A DNA stretch of 64,000 nt, from NCBI GenBank assembly GCA_050251875.1, contig JBFWMA010000004.1, positions 96,001 through 160,000 on the forward strand. The letters run 5' to 3'. The DNA comes from Deferribacterales bacterium (GTDB lineage: Bacteria > Chrysiogenota > Deferribacteres > Deferribacterales > Geovibrionaceae). Of this stretch, positions 8,796 to 18,808 are shown in pieces. The stretch's first letter is position 1, and each line of letters begins with the position of its first letter. Position numbers and translations under genes: made by a program. A model generated the notes under the pieces. That model had not been told where the DNA came from and made no database searches. It saw only the letters and a list, made by a program, of their open reading frames with translations.

Positions 8796-10001
8796 ATGGT
8801 ACGCAAAAAGCCTGTTGGATTAAGGATTAGAGGCTGCAAAATATGGGTTACTTTTCAGTACAAAGGAGCTCGTTTTGAAGAGTCGACTGGGATGCCTGAC
8901 ACCAAGGAGAATCTAAAAACAGCGTCGCTGTTGCTTGAAAAAATCAAATCAGAAATCAGCTTAGATGAAATCAACGACACAAATAACTTTAAATTCCTAG
9001 AATATTTCCCAAAATCTACAAGATTTAAGAAACTATTCCCAGAACATATTCATTATGACAAATCAATTACATTGAAGGCGTATTCAGAAATCTGGATGAA
9101 GCGTATTGCTAGCAGGCATGATGCAGGTGAGCTTAAATTTAGCACCTACAAATCCTACATAACAGGCTGTCAGAAGCTGAAAACTGCGAAGTTTTATAAC
9201 CTGCCACTCGTTGAGATTAATAAAATACAGCTTAAAGAGTTTGTCACGCATCTTTCAAAGAGAATGACAGGCAAATCTGTTGCAAACCAGCTAACACCTC
9301 TCAGGCAGATTTTTGAAGAGGCTTTTGACGAAGACATCATTGAAGTTAACCACATGAGCAGAGTTAAAAATCCCTCGATTGAAAAGCCTGAGCCAATACC
9401 GTTTACAAAAAATGAAGTAAAGATGATTCTGGATTACTTTGCAAAGAATTACCCAGCTCAACATCCTTATGTTTCGGTGCTGTTTTACACTGGGATGCGT
9501 GTCGGTGAAGTATTGGCTATGAAGTGGGAAAACTTTGATTTTAATAGATGGACATACCACGTCAAGGAAACACGCACAGAGGGCAGGCTAACGAAGCCTA
9601 AAACTAAGACAAGCATAAGAAGGGTGCAGATTGTCAAACCTTTACAGAAAATTATTCAAGCCCAGAGGACGGTGACTATGATGAAGAGTGAGTTTATTTT
9701 TCTAACAGGTGAAGGTGAACCATACCACAAGGCAAAATACATCATAGACAAGTGCTGGCGACCCGCTATGAAGATTTTAGGGATTGAGTATAGGGACATG
9801 TACCAGTTTAGACATACGCACGCCATACAGTCTCTCATCGCCGGAGACAACCCGCATGATGTTTCAAAGCGTCTGGGACATAGCAGCTTGCAGGTGACGT
9901 TTACAAAATACGCAAAATTTCTCCCAGAAGAAACAAAGCCGTCAATGCTGGGGAATATATTTGGAGAGAGCGAAACTTCTTCTTTAAAATTAAATAAATA
10001 G
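8796..10001 (+). CDS. int: Tyrosine recombinase/integrase with N-terminal arm-binding domain
   Basis: TGMRVGE (R), PKT (K), YQFRHT, LGHSS, KYAKF catalytic motifs; adjacent to att. Confidence 0.95.
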   Translation: MVRKKPVGLRIRGCKIWVTFQYKGARFEESTGMPDTKENLKTASLLLEKIKSEISLDEINDTNNFKFLEYFPKSTRFKKLFPEHIHYDKSITLKAYSEIWMKRIASRHDAGELKFSTYKSYITGCQKLKTAKFYNLPLVEINKIQLKEFVTHLSKRMTGKSVANQLTPLRQIFEEAFDEDIIEVNHMSRVKNPSIEKPEPIPFTKNEVKMILDYFAKNYPAQHPYVSVLFYTGMRVGEVLAMKWENFDFNRWTYHVKETRTEGRLTKPKTKTSIRRVQIVKPLQKIIQAQRTVTMMKSEFIFLTGEGEPYHKAKYIIDKCWRPAMKILGIEYRDMYQFRHTHAIQSLIAGDNPHDVSKRLGHSSLQVTFTKYAKFLPEETKPSMLGNIFGESETSSLKLNK

Positions 10002-10111
10002 AACTTTCAGCAAGCATTGAAATGCGGCTTGCAAACCTAAAAAATTGTAATTAGATTATACCACCTGCTCCTTATAGGGTTGAGCATGGATTTGTCTATG
10101 ACGGGTGTGTT

Positions 10112-11530
10112 ATGATTCATGATTACAGTGCAATAGAGCTGGCTGAAGTTGCAAGAATGGCTGAAAAGTTTCACTTTTTGAATCCAGATTTTGTTTCCAG
10201 TATAGACGTTGAATCCGATGAGGTGCTCGCACGGAGAGACATTATATTTTTTGATTCTCGTGAGTATGTCAGTTTTTCTAAGGCAAAGCAGATTCTCGTG
10301 GACTATTTTCCTGATTTAGCGAAAGGCTGCAAAAATAAAGTCAGACAGTTTAGTGTTCTATTGGCTAACTTGAAGGAAGCAGACTCAAGGAAAGTCCATC
10401 TCGTAATCGGATTCAGACCTGATGATTACTCTAAAACAGGTGAATATGCAGATTTAGGGTACAAATGCTTTGTAGCGATGCGTAATGAGCTTGAAAAGAG
10501 CGGGATGATTGAAGTTATAAAGGGTCGTTACAATAAAAAGAGTGGAAAAGGTTACAGGAGCAAAATTAAGGTTCTGGAGCCATTGTCAAATATTCTAAAA
10601 ACAATCGAACACGGAGAGATTAAAAAGAAATTAGTAGTTGATGAAGACCTTGTCATGCTTAAAGACAGGAAAGAGGAAAAATCAAAAACTAAAGTCAGGG
10701 TGGAAATTTCTACCGAAGGAATACATAAGGATTATAAAGGCTATATAAGCGATTCTAAGCAAAGTTTGCGTTTATATAATGATTTCATAGTCAAGAATAG
10801 CTTTTGCTGTCCTGTGGGCAAATCTGGGCTTCTTGCAGCAGTGGATGCCTCAAGGTTTCAGCTGTATAGAGTCTATAGCAACGGTAGCTTTGAACAAGGT
10901 GGCAGATTATATGGTGCATACCACCAGCTCATTTCAGAAAAACAAAGAAGTCAGATGACTATAAACGGAAAAGCTGCATGCGAGCTGGACTTTAAAGCGT
11001 GCATGATTAGGATGATGTACCACAAGAAAGGCATAGATTACCCAGAAGGGAAAGACCCATACACAGACATCCTAGAGGTTGCAAAAATCTCTGAATGGAA
11101 GTTAGCAACGAATAAAGAGCTCTATAGGGAGCTTTTAAAGCCAATAATCATTACCATTACGAACTGTGTGTCAGAATCTAGTTTTAGAAAGGCACTTCGT
11201 ATTGTTTTGAAATATGTCAAAAAAGCTGAGTATGAGGCAGGTGAACTTGTATATAACCTCTCAGACAATTTTGAAGAACGCATTACGGCGGGTATTTTGA
11301 CAGTTCATAGTGCTATTAGCGATTATTTCTATAAGAAATCTGCTTTGTATTTTCAGCGTTACGACTCTGACATTGCCCTTGATGTCATAAGCCAGCTGGC
11401 AAAGAAAGGCGTCCCTGTTTTACCTATACATGACAGCTTTGTCACAACAGTTGACAACAAAGAGCTCCTGCGTTCCACGATGATTCAAGCATATTATAAT
11501 GCGTTAGGTTTTAACCCAGTAATTCATTAG
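10112..11530 (+). CDS. Family A DNA polymerase / T7 RNA polymerase-related polymerase-like protein (TV-Pol-like), no exonuclease domain
   Basis: GGRLYG, motif A ELDFKAC, DPY, motif B RELLK, QRYDSDIA, motif C LPIHDSF in canonical order. Confidence 0.7.
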   Translation: MIHDYSAIELAEVARMAEKFHFLNPDFVSSIDVESDEVLARRDIIFFDSREYVSFSKAKQILVDYFPDLAKGCKNKVRQFSVLLANLKEADSRKVHLVIGFRPDDYSKTGEYADLGYKCFVAMRNELEKSGMIEVIKGRYNKKSGKGYRSKIKVLEPLSNILKTIEHGEIKKKLVVDEDLVMLKDRKEEKSKTKVRVEISTEGIHKDYKGYISDSKQSLRLYNDFIVKNSFCCPVGKSGLLAAVDASRFQLYRVYSNGSFEQGGRLYGAYHQLISEKQRSQMTINGKAACELDFKACMIRMMYHKKGIDYPEGKDPYTDILEVAKISEWKLATNKELYRELLKPIIITITNCVSESSFRKALRIVLKYVKKAEYEAGELVYNLSDNFEERITAGILTVHSAISDYFYKKSALYFQRYDSDIALDVISQLAKKGVPVLPIHDSFVTTVDNKELLRSTMIQAYYNALGFNPVIH

Positions 11531-11736
11531 GCTTAACTCACTAATAATAAAGTCTTATATTGAAAAAGCATACCATTATAGAATAACAAGACGTTTTTCT
11601 TTTTTTTCGGAGGCGTGATTAAAAAAAACTTGAAAAACCAGATTGAAGCATAAATAGCTGATGCAATTGAATAATTTGTTACTTATTTGAACCCTTTCGA
11701 CTATAATACAATATAGCTATAATAAAGGAGGAAAAT

Positions 11737-12060
11737 ATGAGCAGGTTAAGTGAAACTGAAATCTCTAAGAGAAAGGAATTTGGGGAATGGCTAAAGCTGG
11801 TGAGGAAGGTCAAGATGATTTCACAGGGAGATGTGGCTCGTGAGATTGGGGCGAACACAGCAAACTTCATCTCTAAGATTGAACGAGGAGAGTCAAAAGT
11901 CCCAGTGGAGAGAATAGAGGAGCTGGCGAGAGGCTACCGCATAGAAGAGATTGTTTTTGCCGAGGCTGTGTTCAGAAACTTCATGCCGGAGATTTGGAGA
12001 TGGGTTGAGCGGTTTGCAAAAGAGTCAGACCTCCAAGAAAGGATGAGCAGTAAATCATAG
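11737..12060 (+). CDS. XRE-family HTH transcriptional regulator
   Basis: FGEWLKLVRK..ISQGDVAREIG..ANFISKIERGESK; AGGAGG RBS. Confidence 0.88.
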   Translation: MSRLSETEISKRKEFGEWLKLVRKVKMISQGDVAREIGANTANFISKIERGESKVPVERIEELARGYRIEEIVFAEAVFRNFMPEIWRWVERFAKESDLQERMSSKS

Positions 12061-12085
12061 GAGCGTGTAACAACGCTCCTTTTTT
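12059..12085 (+). terminator. Intrinsic terminator after the XRE gene
   Basis: AGGAGCGT-GTAACA-ACGCTCCT-TTTTT. Confidence 0.8.
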
Positions 12086-12520
12086 GCAGGTTACCAAAAG
12101 TATATAATTAGTAGTACAGAAAGTTGCTAATTTGAAGCACTCGAAATGCAGTAACTTATTAATGAATCGAGAAATCAACAAGTAGACACTCCTGAGCCGC
12201 CTTAAAAAGTGTTAACCTCTAAAAATTAGCATAAATCCAGCCTTAATGGGTTGACAAATGTTAACAAAGGTTGTCCGGAGAATTTACAAATATGGTCAAC
12301 TGAAATGCACTAACTATTTGAGAATTAAGTATTTTAAAAACAGGCACACTCGCTAACTCAGAAAGTCGGTCACCCCATGAAGACAAACACTTCTGTCATA
12401 TTTTTTATGTCAATCTAACATCATTTTGCCTCTACGATTGGAAAAAATGCTAAAAATGAATTAAAAGCGTCTCCAAACCTCACAGCAACTGATGAAAGTT
12501 TGGAAACCAACAGTCATTAA

Positions 12521-12554
12521 TATTTTCAATCAGTCAAAGTTGTGCTTTAATGTG
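12521..12554 (+). promoter_or_regulatory. sigma70-type promoter of the type I R-M operon
   Basis: TTTTCA-N17-TTTAAT with extended -10 TG; near-identical to 2519-2552. Confidence 0.65.
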
Positions 12555-12591
12555 TGGAGTGAGAAGTTTAACTAATACCAGGTGATTATAA

Positions 12592-14136
12592 ATGGCTAAG
12601 CAAAACGGAAGTGCGAACATCGGTTTCGAGGACAAGCTCTGGCAGGCGGCGGACAAGCTCCGTGGCAATATGGACGCATCAGAATATAAACATGTTGTCT
12701 TGGGGCTGATTTTCCTTAAATACATCTCAGATTCTTTTCAAACAAAATATAACGAGCTTCTGGCGACTCAGGAGACAGAATATACAGACCCAGAAGACCG
12801 TGACGAATACATGAGCGACAACGTGTTTTGGGTGCCCACAGAGGCACGCTGGGACAACCTAATAGCAAAGGCAAAGACTCCTGAGATTGGCAAAATTCTT
12901 GACGATGCCATGATTGCCATAGAGAAAGAGAACAAGACGCTCAAAAATATTCTTCCTAAGACATACGCACGCCCAGAGATTGACAAATCCCGTTTAGGCG
13001 AGCTTTTAGACATCATCGGTTCTATTCCCCTTATAGACAAAACTCAAACGTCTAAAGACCTTCTGGGGCGTGTATACGAGTATTTTCTCGGGCAGTTTGC
13101 ATCAAAAGAGGGACGCTCTGGAGGAGAGTTCTATACCCCAGAGTGCGTGGTGAAACTCCTCGTTGCCATGATTGAGCCATACAAGGGCAGAGTATATGAC
13201 CCCTGCTGTGGTTCTGGCGGTATGTTTGTTCAGTCGGAAAAGTTCGCAGAGGAACACGGCGGCAGACTGCGTGACATCTCAGTCTATGGTCAGGAATATA
13301 ACGCTACCACATGGCGACTGGCAAAGATGAACCTTGCTATTCGAGGCATAGAGGCTAACCTCGGCGGAGAATGGGCAGACACATTCACAAACGACCTGCA
13401 CAAAGACCTTAAATCAGACTTCATTCTGGCAAACCCACCGTTTAATATGAGCGACTGGGGCGGAAACAAGCTGAAAAGCGATTTAAGGTGGAAGTACGGC
13501 ACACCTCCTGAAAATAACGCAAACTACGCATGGATTCAGCACTTCATACACCACCTCGCACCTAACGGCGTGGCAGGTTTTGTCCTTGCCAATGGCTCAA
13601 TGAGCAGTAACACCAGCGGTGAAGGTGACATAAGAAAAAACATCATAGAAGCAGACCTTGTAGATTGCATGATTGCTCTGCCAGGTCAGCTTTTTTATAC
13701 AACCCAGATTCCCGTATGTCTCTGGTTTCTCGCCCGCAACAAAGGGAAAAACGGACACAGAGAGCGTAAAGGAGAAACACTCTTCATAGATGCACGCAAG
13801 ATGGGCAGGCTGGAAGACAGAGTCCATCGTGTTCTCGACCCAGAGGAAATAGAGAAAATCGCAGGAACATACCATGAATGGCGAAGCAACGAGAGCAAAT
13901 ACGAAGACGTTGCAGGCTTCTGCAAAGCTGTAACTCTGGACACCATAAAAGAGCATGACTATGTGCTCACTCCAGGGCGTTATGTCGGTGCAGAAGAGGT
14001 TGAGGACGACGGCGAACCCTTTGACGAAAAGATGAAACGCCTCAGCACTCAGCTGTATGCACAGATGGCAGAAGGCGAAAAACTGGACAAAATAATTAAA
14101 GAAAACTTGGCGAGGCTAGGTTATGGACAAAATTAG
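12592..14136 (+). CDS. hsdM: Type I R-M methyltransferase subunit
   Basis: [30 protein letters not shown]. Confidence 0.97.
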   Translation: MAKQNGSANIGFEDKLWQAADKLRGNMDASEYKHVVLGLIFLKYISDSFQTKYNELLATQETEYTDPEDRDEYMSDNVFWVPTEARWDNLIAKAKTPEIGKILDDAMIAIEKENKTLKNILPKTYARPEIDKSRLGELLDIIGSIPLIDKTQTSKDLLGRVYEYFLGQFASKEGRSGGEFYTPECVVKLLVAMIEPYKGRVYDPCCGSGGMFVQSEKFAEEHGGRLRDISVYGQEYNATTWRLAKMNLAIRGIEANLGGEWADTFTNDLHKDLKSDFILANPPFNMSDWGGNKLKSDLRWKYGTPPENNANYAWIQHFIHHLAPNGVAGFVLANGSMSSNTSGEGDIRKNIIEADLVDCMIALPGQLFYTTQIPVCLWFLARNKGKNGHRERKGETLFIDARKMGRLEDRVHRVLDPEEIEKIAGTYHEWRSNESKYEDVAGFCKAVTLDTIKEHDYVLTPGRYVGAEEVEDDGEPFDEKMKRLSTQLYAQMAEGEKLDKIIKENLARLGYGQN

Positions 14137-14638
14137 AAAAGCAAAGAACATGTTTAAATACAGACTGACAGGTATTAGTTTCCCATTCGGTGGAATTTCT
14201 TGGGAAAAGAAAAAATCGGAACGCGACTACGTGAAAGAACTCTTGAGTTTTTTAGAAGACAGGAGAGTATTGTATGTTCCATGCGAAGCAGAAGTTCCAC
14301 GCTATGCCTATGAATCTGTTCAAGAAATCAGGAAGTTTTTGACTCAATATATGATTAATGTGGGAGAAAAATCATATATTTACCCTCATTTAAAAGCATT
14401 GCGTGCTGAATGTGTCAGAACCATTATTGCCCTCGAAAAAGATGGAGGCTGGATTATTTCAGGTAACGGTTTAGGCAACGCAATTCACTTGAATTCTGAG
14501 CTTGGGAGACTTCGAGGGATTTTTGGTGTTCAGTTAGCAATTTTGTGTAATGACTTGGATGTTGACATAAGCGAGAACTTAGTAACTATATTGCCTGCAA
14601 ATACAGAAAGTGAAGAGCTTGAGGGTACGGATGAGTAA
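14123..14638 (+). CDS. Hypothetical protein (DUF6650-like)
   Basis: [33 protein letters not shown]; overlaps hsdM and rhuM. Confidence 0.6.
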   Translation: MDKIRKAKNMFKYRLTGISFPFGGISWEKKKSERDYVKELLSFLEDRRVLYVPCEAEVPRYAYESVQEIRKFLTQYMINVGEKSYIYPHLKALRAECVRTIIALEKDGGWIISGNGLGNAIHLNSELGRLRGIFGVQLAILCNDLDVDISENLVTILPANTESEELEGTDE

Positions 14639-15668
14639 CCTTCCAATGAATAACCCAGAAATGCTTTTATACCCATCAGAAGATGGCAAGTTCAGGTTTC
14701 AAGTACAGCTTCATGATGGTTCCGTGTGGGTGACACAAAGGCATATTGCCGAACTTTATGAAAAAGATAAAAACACCATAAACGAGCATATAAACAATAT
14801 ATTTGCAGAGGGCGAATTAGTCCCAGAGGCAACTGTCCGGAAATTCCGGGTAGTTCAAACCGAGGGCAGACGGGAGGTTGAGCGTTTAATAGACCATTAC
14901 AACCTCGAAATGATTATAGCTGTCGGTTACCGTGTGCGGTCAAAACGTGGTACACAGTTTCGTCAGTGGGCGACAGAACGCCTGACTGAATATGTGGTGA
15001 AAGGCTTCACCATGGATGATGAGCGTCTGAAAGAGGGTAAAAACCTTGGACAGGACTATTTTGATGAACTGCTGGAACGCATACGGGACATTAGGGCATC
15101 CGAACGCAGGTTTTACCAGAAAATCACAGACATATACGCCCAGTGCAGTGTGGACTATGACCCACACGCAGAAGTCGCACAGGAGTTCTACGCCACAGTG
15201 CAAAATAAGCTCCATTGGGCAATACACGGACACACAGCAGCAGAGCTAATAGCCGAGCGTGCAGACGCAGACAAGCCAAACATGGGCTTGCAGACGTGGA
15301 AAAACGCACCGAAAGGCAAGGTTCGTAAAGGTGATGTTGCCACAGCCAAAAACTACCTTACAGAAGACGAGCTGAAAGAACTTAACAGAATAGTTGTGAT
15401 GTATTTGGACTATGCCGAACTGCAAGCCAGTAGGAGACAGACAACGACTATGGCGGAATGGTCTGCCAAACTGGACAGCTTTTTACAGTTTAACGAAATG
15501 GATGTGCTGAAAAATGCAGGCAGAGTCTCAACAGAGGTCGCAAAGACACTCGCCATCGCTGAGTTTGTAAAATATACCGAAAAGCAGAAAAAGCTGGAAG
15601 CAGAAACTCCCACCAGCGACTTTGACAAACTGGTTCAGCAAACAAAAAAGCTGGGAAAGGGTGAGTAG
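14631..15668 (+). CDS. rhuM: RhuM-family protein
   Basis: YNLEMIIAVGYRVRSKRGTQFRQWAT, DYFDELLERIRDIRASERRFYQK, AKNYL. Confidence 0.92.
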   Translation: MSNLPMNNPEMLLYPSEDGKFRFQVQLHDGSVWVTQRHIAELYEKDKNTINEHINNIFAEGELVPEATVRKFRVVQTEGRREVERLIDHYNLEMIIAVGYRVRSKRGTQFRQWATERLTEYVVKGFTMDDERLKEGKNLGQDYFDELLERIRDIRASERRFYQKITDIYAQCSVDYDPHAEVAQEFYATVQNKLHWAIHGHTAAELIAERADADKPNMGLQTWKNAPKGKVRKGDVATAKNYLTEDELKELNRIVVMYLDYAELQASRRQTTTMAEWSAKLDSFLQFNEMDVLKNAGRVSTEVAKTLAIAEFVKYTEKQKKLEAETPTSDFDKLVQQTKKLGKGE

Positions 15669-15669
15669 T

Positions 15670-16863
15670 ATGGGAGAGTGGAAAGAATATAAATTAGCTG
15701 ACTTGGCAAATCTCAAGAATGGAAAAGGCTTGAATAATAAGTTCTATACTGATTTTGGAAAGTCTGGAGTATGGGGTGCGAATGGTCAAATAGCTTTCAC
15801 AAACGAAGTTTTGAATAGTGACCCGGTAGTTGTTATTGGACGTGTTGGAGCATATTGTGGCTCTGTTCACATGGCAGAAGGGAATAACTGGGTAACAGAC
15901 AATGCCATACAGGCTACTCCAAGAAATGACACAGACTTATACTTTCTCTACTATTTACTTAAAAATTTAAATGTGAGCAGGGCTGCAACAGGTAGTGCTC
16001 AACCACTTATAACCCAAAGCGGAATAGGTGTTCTTGAATGCAAAGCTCCTAGTCCAAAAATTCAAAAAGAAGTTGCATCAATTCTTTCATCCCTTGATGA
16101 CAAGATTGAGTTGAATAGAAAGATGAATGAGACGCTGGAGGAGATGGCGAGAGCTATTTTTAAGAGCTGGTTTGTTGATTTTGACCCTGTGCATGCAAAA
16201 GCTCGTGGCGAAAAGCCCGCAGGCATGCCAGACGAAATCGCCGACCTCTTCCCCTCCGAATTCGTCCACTCAGACCAACTAAACAAACCCATCCCCAAAG
16301 GCTGGACGGTTAAGTCTCTTAGTCAGTTAGCGGAGAATGTGAAAAGAGCAGTAAGTGCAGACTCTATTGACCCAGAAAGCAATTATATTGGACTAGAGCA
16401 TATGCCTAAAAGATGTATTGCATTAACAGATTGGGAGAGAGCAGAAAAAGTCACAAGCAACAAATTTGGATTCAAAACTGGTGAAATTCTATTCGGGAAA
16501 TTGAGACCATATTTTCATAAAGTAGGTGTTGCTCCTATAGATGGTATTTGTTCCACAGACATTCTTGTGATTAGACCAAAGAAGGAAAAACACTTTGGTG
16601 TTGTGCTATGTGCAGCATCTTCAGACGCAATTATTACTTCTGTAACGTCATCCTCTACTGGAACAAAAATGCCTAGAACGAATTGGCAGGATGTTTCGAA
16701 GTTTGCAGTTGTTATTCCAGATAACGAAATAATTGACAGTTTTAATCATCATATTAAAACATTAATAAGTAAAATTATTAATAGCATACACGAGAATATT
16801 GTTCTGACTAAAACAAGAGACACGATGCTTCCAAAACTCATCCGTGGCGAAATCGAGGTGTAA
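15670..16863 (+). CDS. hsdS: Type I R-M specificity subunit
   Basis: Two TRDs with conserved ILSSLDDKIELN...LEEMARAIFKSWFVDF, IPKGW and RDTMLPKLIRGEI; alternative GTG start at 15661. Confidence 0.95.
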   Translation: MGEWKEYKLADLANLKNGKGLNNKFYTDFGKSGVWGANGQIAFTNEVLNSDPVVVIGRVGAYCGSVHMAEGNNWVTDNAIQATPRNDTDLYFLYYLLKNLNVSRAATGSAQPLITQSGIGVLECKAPSPKIQKEVASILSSLDDKIELNRKMNETLEEMARAIFKSWFVDFDPVHAKARGEKPAGMPDEIADLFPSEFVHSDQLNKPIPKGWTVKSLSQLAENVKRAVSADSIDPESNYIGLEHMPKRCIALTDWERAEKVTSNKFGFKTGEILFGKLRPYFHKVGVAPIDGICSTDILVIRPKKEKHFGVVLCAASSDAIITSVTSSSTGTKMPRTNWQDVSKFAVVIPDNEIIDSFNHHIKTLISKIINSIHENIVLTKTRDTMLPKLIRGEIEV

Positions 16864-16865
16864 AA

Positions 16866-17312
16866 ATGCCGAAAATTGACTTAAGCGATTTTGAAGCAAA
16901 GTTATTAATAAAAATGGAAAAGGAATGTTGCGATGAAAAACCAAATATATTCCCTGGTTGCGGGGGAAAACTCAATATTTTATTGAAATCTAAATGTGGT
17001 AAAGAAGAATTCACTCTTGATGTATATAGAGGAAAGATTGAACTTACAAAGAATACATTTCAAAATAGAGCAAGAAAGGCTATTGTTCTTGTTAGATTGG
17101 ACATAGGTGGAGCTCCACACAGAAATCCAGATGGGACAGAAATACCCTGTCCACATATTCACATCTATAAAGAAGGCTACCATCATAAATGGGCTTATGC
17201 AGTGCCTGAGAAATTTTCAGATTTAACTGATTCATGGGAAACATTACAGGATTTTATGGATTATGTTAATGTTACTAAAAAGCCATATGTACAGAAGGAC
17301 ATTAATACATGA
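16866..17312 (+). CDS. DUF6978-like protein
   Basis: RLDIGGAPHRNPDG..IPCPHIHIYKEGY...WA motif. Confidence 0.65.
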   Translation: MPKIDLSDFEAKLLIKMEKECCDEKPNIFPGCGGKLNILLKSKCGKEEFTLDVYRGKIELTKNTFQNRARKAIVLVRLDIGGAPHRNPDGTEIPCPHIHIYKEGYHHKWAYAVPEKFSDLTDSWETLQDFMDYVNVTKKPYVQKDINT

Positions 17313-18076
17313 GAGATGAAATTAAGAAATTAATTGAAAGTTATACCAAGTGGCTTTCTGAAAAAACATACGGTGTGTTAGTAGATGAAGAGTGGGCTAG
17401 AATTACCACTCCTTTTATTGACAGAAATAATGATTGTATTCAGCTCTACATAAAGAAGGTTGGTTCTGAACTTGTAATCAGTGATGACGGTTATACTATT
17501 GATGATTTAGAATTAAGTGGTTGTTCATTGGACAGTGAAAAAAGACAAGACCTCTTAAACGTAACATTGTCTGGTTTCGGTGTGGTTAGAAATGGCAATG
17601 AGCTTGTTGTTAAAGCTACTTCAGATAACTTTCCTTTGAAGAAGCATAGTCTTATTCAAGCTATGCTTGCTGTTAATGATTTGTTTTATTTGGCATCGCC
17701 TTATGTAAAACAGCTGTTTTATGAAGATGTGGTTGCTTGGCTTGATGAAAAAGATGTTCGCTATGTTCCTAGTGTGAAATTCTCTGGGCAGAGTGGTTTT
17801 GACCATAATTTTGACTTTGTTGTTCCAAAATCTAGAAATTACCCTGAGAGAATTTTGCAAACAATAACATCTCCCAAGAAGGATTCAGCTGAAAACCTTA
17901 TATACAAGTGGCTGGACACAAAAGCATCTAGAAAAGAAGATGCTATTCTCTATGCCGTGCTGAATGACACTGAAAATACAGTCAGTTCTAGCGTTACTAC
18001 AATTCTTAAGAATTATAATGTCGTTCCTCTTGTTTGGACAAAAAGGGAAAATAGAGTTCAGGAACTAGTAGGGTAA
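17309..18076 (+). CDS. DUF1828/DUF1829-like protein
   Basis: ITTPFIDRNNDCIQLY, ISDDGYT, FSGQSGFDHNFDF; ATGA overlap with the upstream gene. Confidence 0.75.
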   Translation: MRDEIKKLIESYTKWLSEKTYGVLVDEEWARITTPFIDRNNDCIQLYIKKVGSELVISDDGYTIDDLELSGCSLDSEKRQDLLNVTLSGFGVVRNGNELVVKATSDNFPLKKHSLIQAMLAVNDLFYLASPYVKQLFYEDVVAWLDEKDVRYVPSVKFSGQSGFDHNFDFVVPKSRNYPERILQTITSPKKDSAENLIYKWLDTKASRKEDAILYAVLNDTENTVSSSVTTILKNYNVVPLVWTKRENRVQELVG

Positions 18077-18109
18077 ATGGGCAGAAGTAATGGCGTTGTG
18101 AGGTAGGCG

Positions 18110-18808
18110 ATGGCAGATGTGGAAACCGTTCAACAGGTAACAACATGGCTTGGACTATTAGACAAGCATTTTTCAGCTATTTCTGTTCTTGCAGGTGGAT
18201 TTCTTGGAGGAGTTTTAGTGTATTTTAGAGAGAAACTCCTTAAGAAAAAGGATTTTGAACTACGTTATTTTGACAAAGTATTAGAAAGACGAATTTTGGC
18301 TCATGAAAAAATATTACCTGTAGTTACAGACATAAATGTCACAGTCATGGCTCGTCAATATACAGGCGAAGAATCATTTGACACTGTTCCTGTTTTTTTA
18401 TTGTCTAAATATAATTTTAATGATTGGTGCTTTAGGTTTCAACAAGCAAGAAAGCAAACTTCTCAATGGCTAACAACTAGTGTTAAAAATGAGCTTGAGT
18501 TTTTGCAGAACTATATAGTCAATTTACAGCCTATTTTGGATTTAATCGAAGAGGAAGAAGACGTCGAATTTAACCTGAAAACTTTTATGATTGGAAGAGA
18601 GCTAAAGGATGAATTGAGGTCGATTGCCATAAGTATTGAGGACAAAATTAATTTGTTTTTCGAGAAAGGGACAAAAGATGGTATTAGTTTAAAAACAGGC
18701 AACATAACTATTTCTGAAGAACAAATGTTAGCTAAGTTAAATAATACTCAACTCATCAAGAAAATGACTACTTTTAAAGAAATTGCCAACTCTAGAGAAA
18801 GCTTATGA
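18110..18808 (+). CDS. Hypothetical protein with one N-terminal transmembrane helix
   Basis: Hydrophobic [17 protein letters not shown] followed by a helical soluble domain; GAGG RBS; ATGA overlap with hsdR. Confidence 0.7.
   Translation: MADVETVQQVTTWLGLLDKHFSAISVLAGGFLGGVLVYFREKLLKKKDFELRYFDKVLERRILAHEKILPVVTDINVTVMARQYTGEESFDTVPVFLLSKYNFNDWCFRFQQARKQTSQWLTTSVKNELEFLQNYIVNLQPILDLIEEEEDVEFNLKTFMIGRELKDELRSIAISIEDKINLFFEKGTKDGISLKTGNITISEEQMLAKLNNTQLIKKMTTFKEIANSRESL

Noticed and set aside
11595..11630. T-run and A-run as a terminator or phase-variation tract
   Set aside because: No GC stem and intergenic location; insufficient support.
15670..16863. hsdS shufflon
   Set aside because: Single hsdS, with no silent TRD copies or adjacent invertase.
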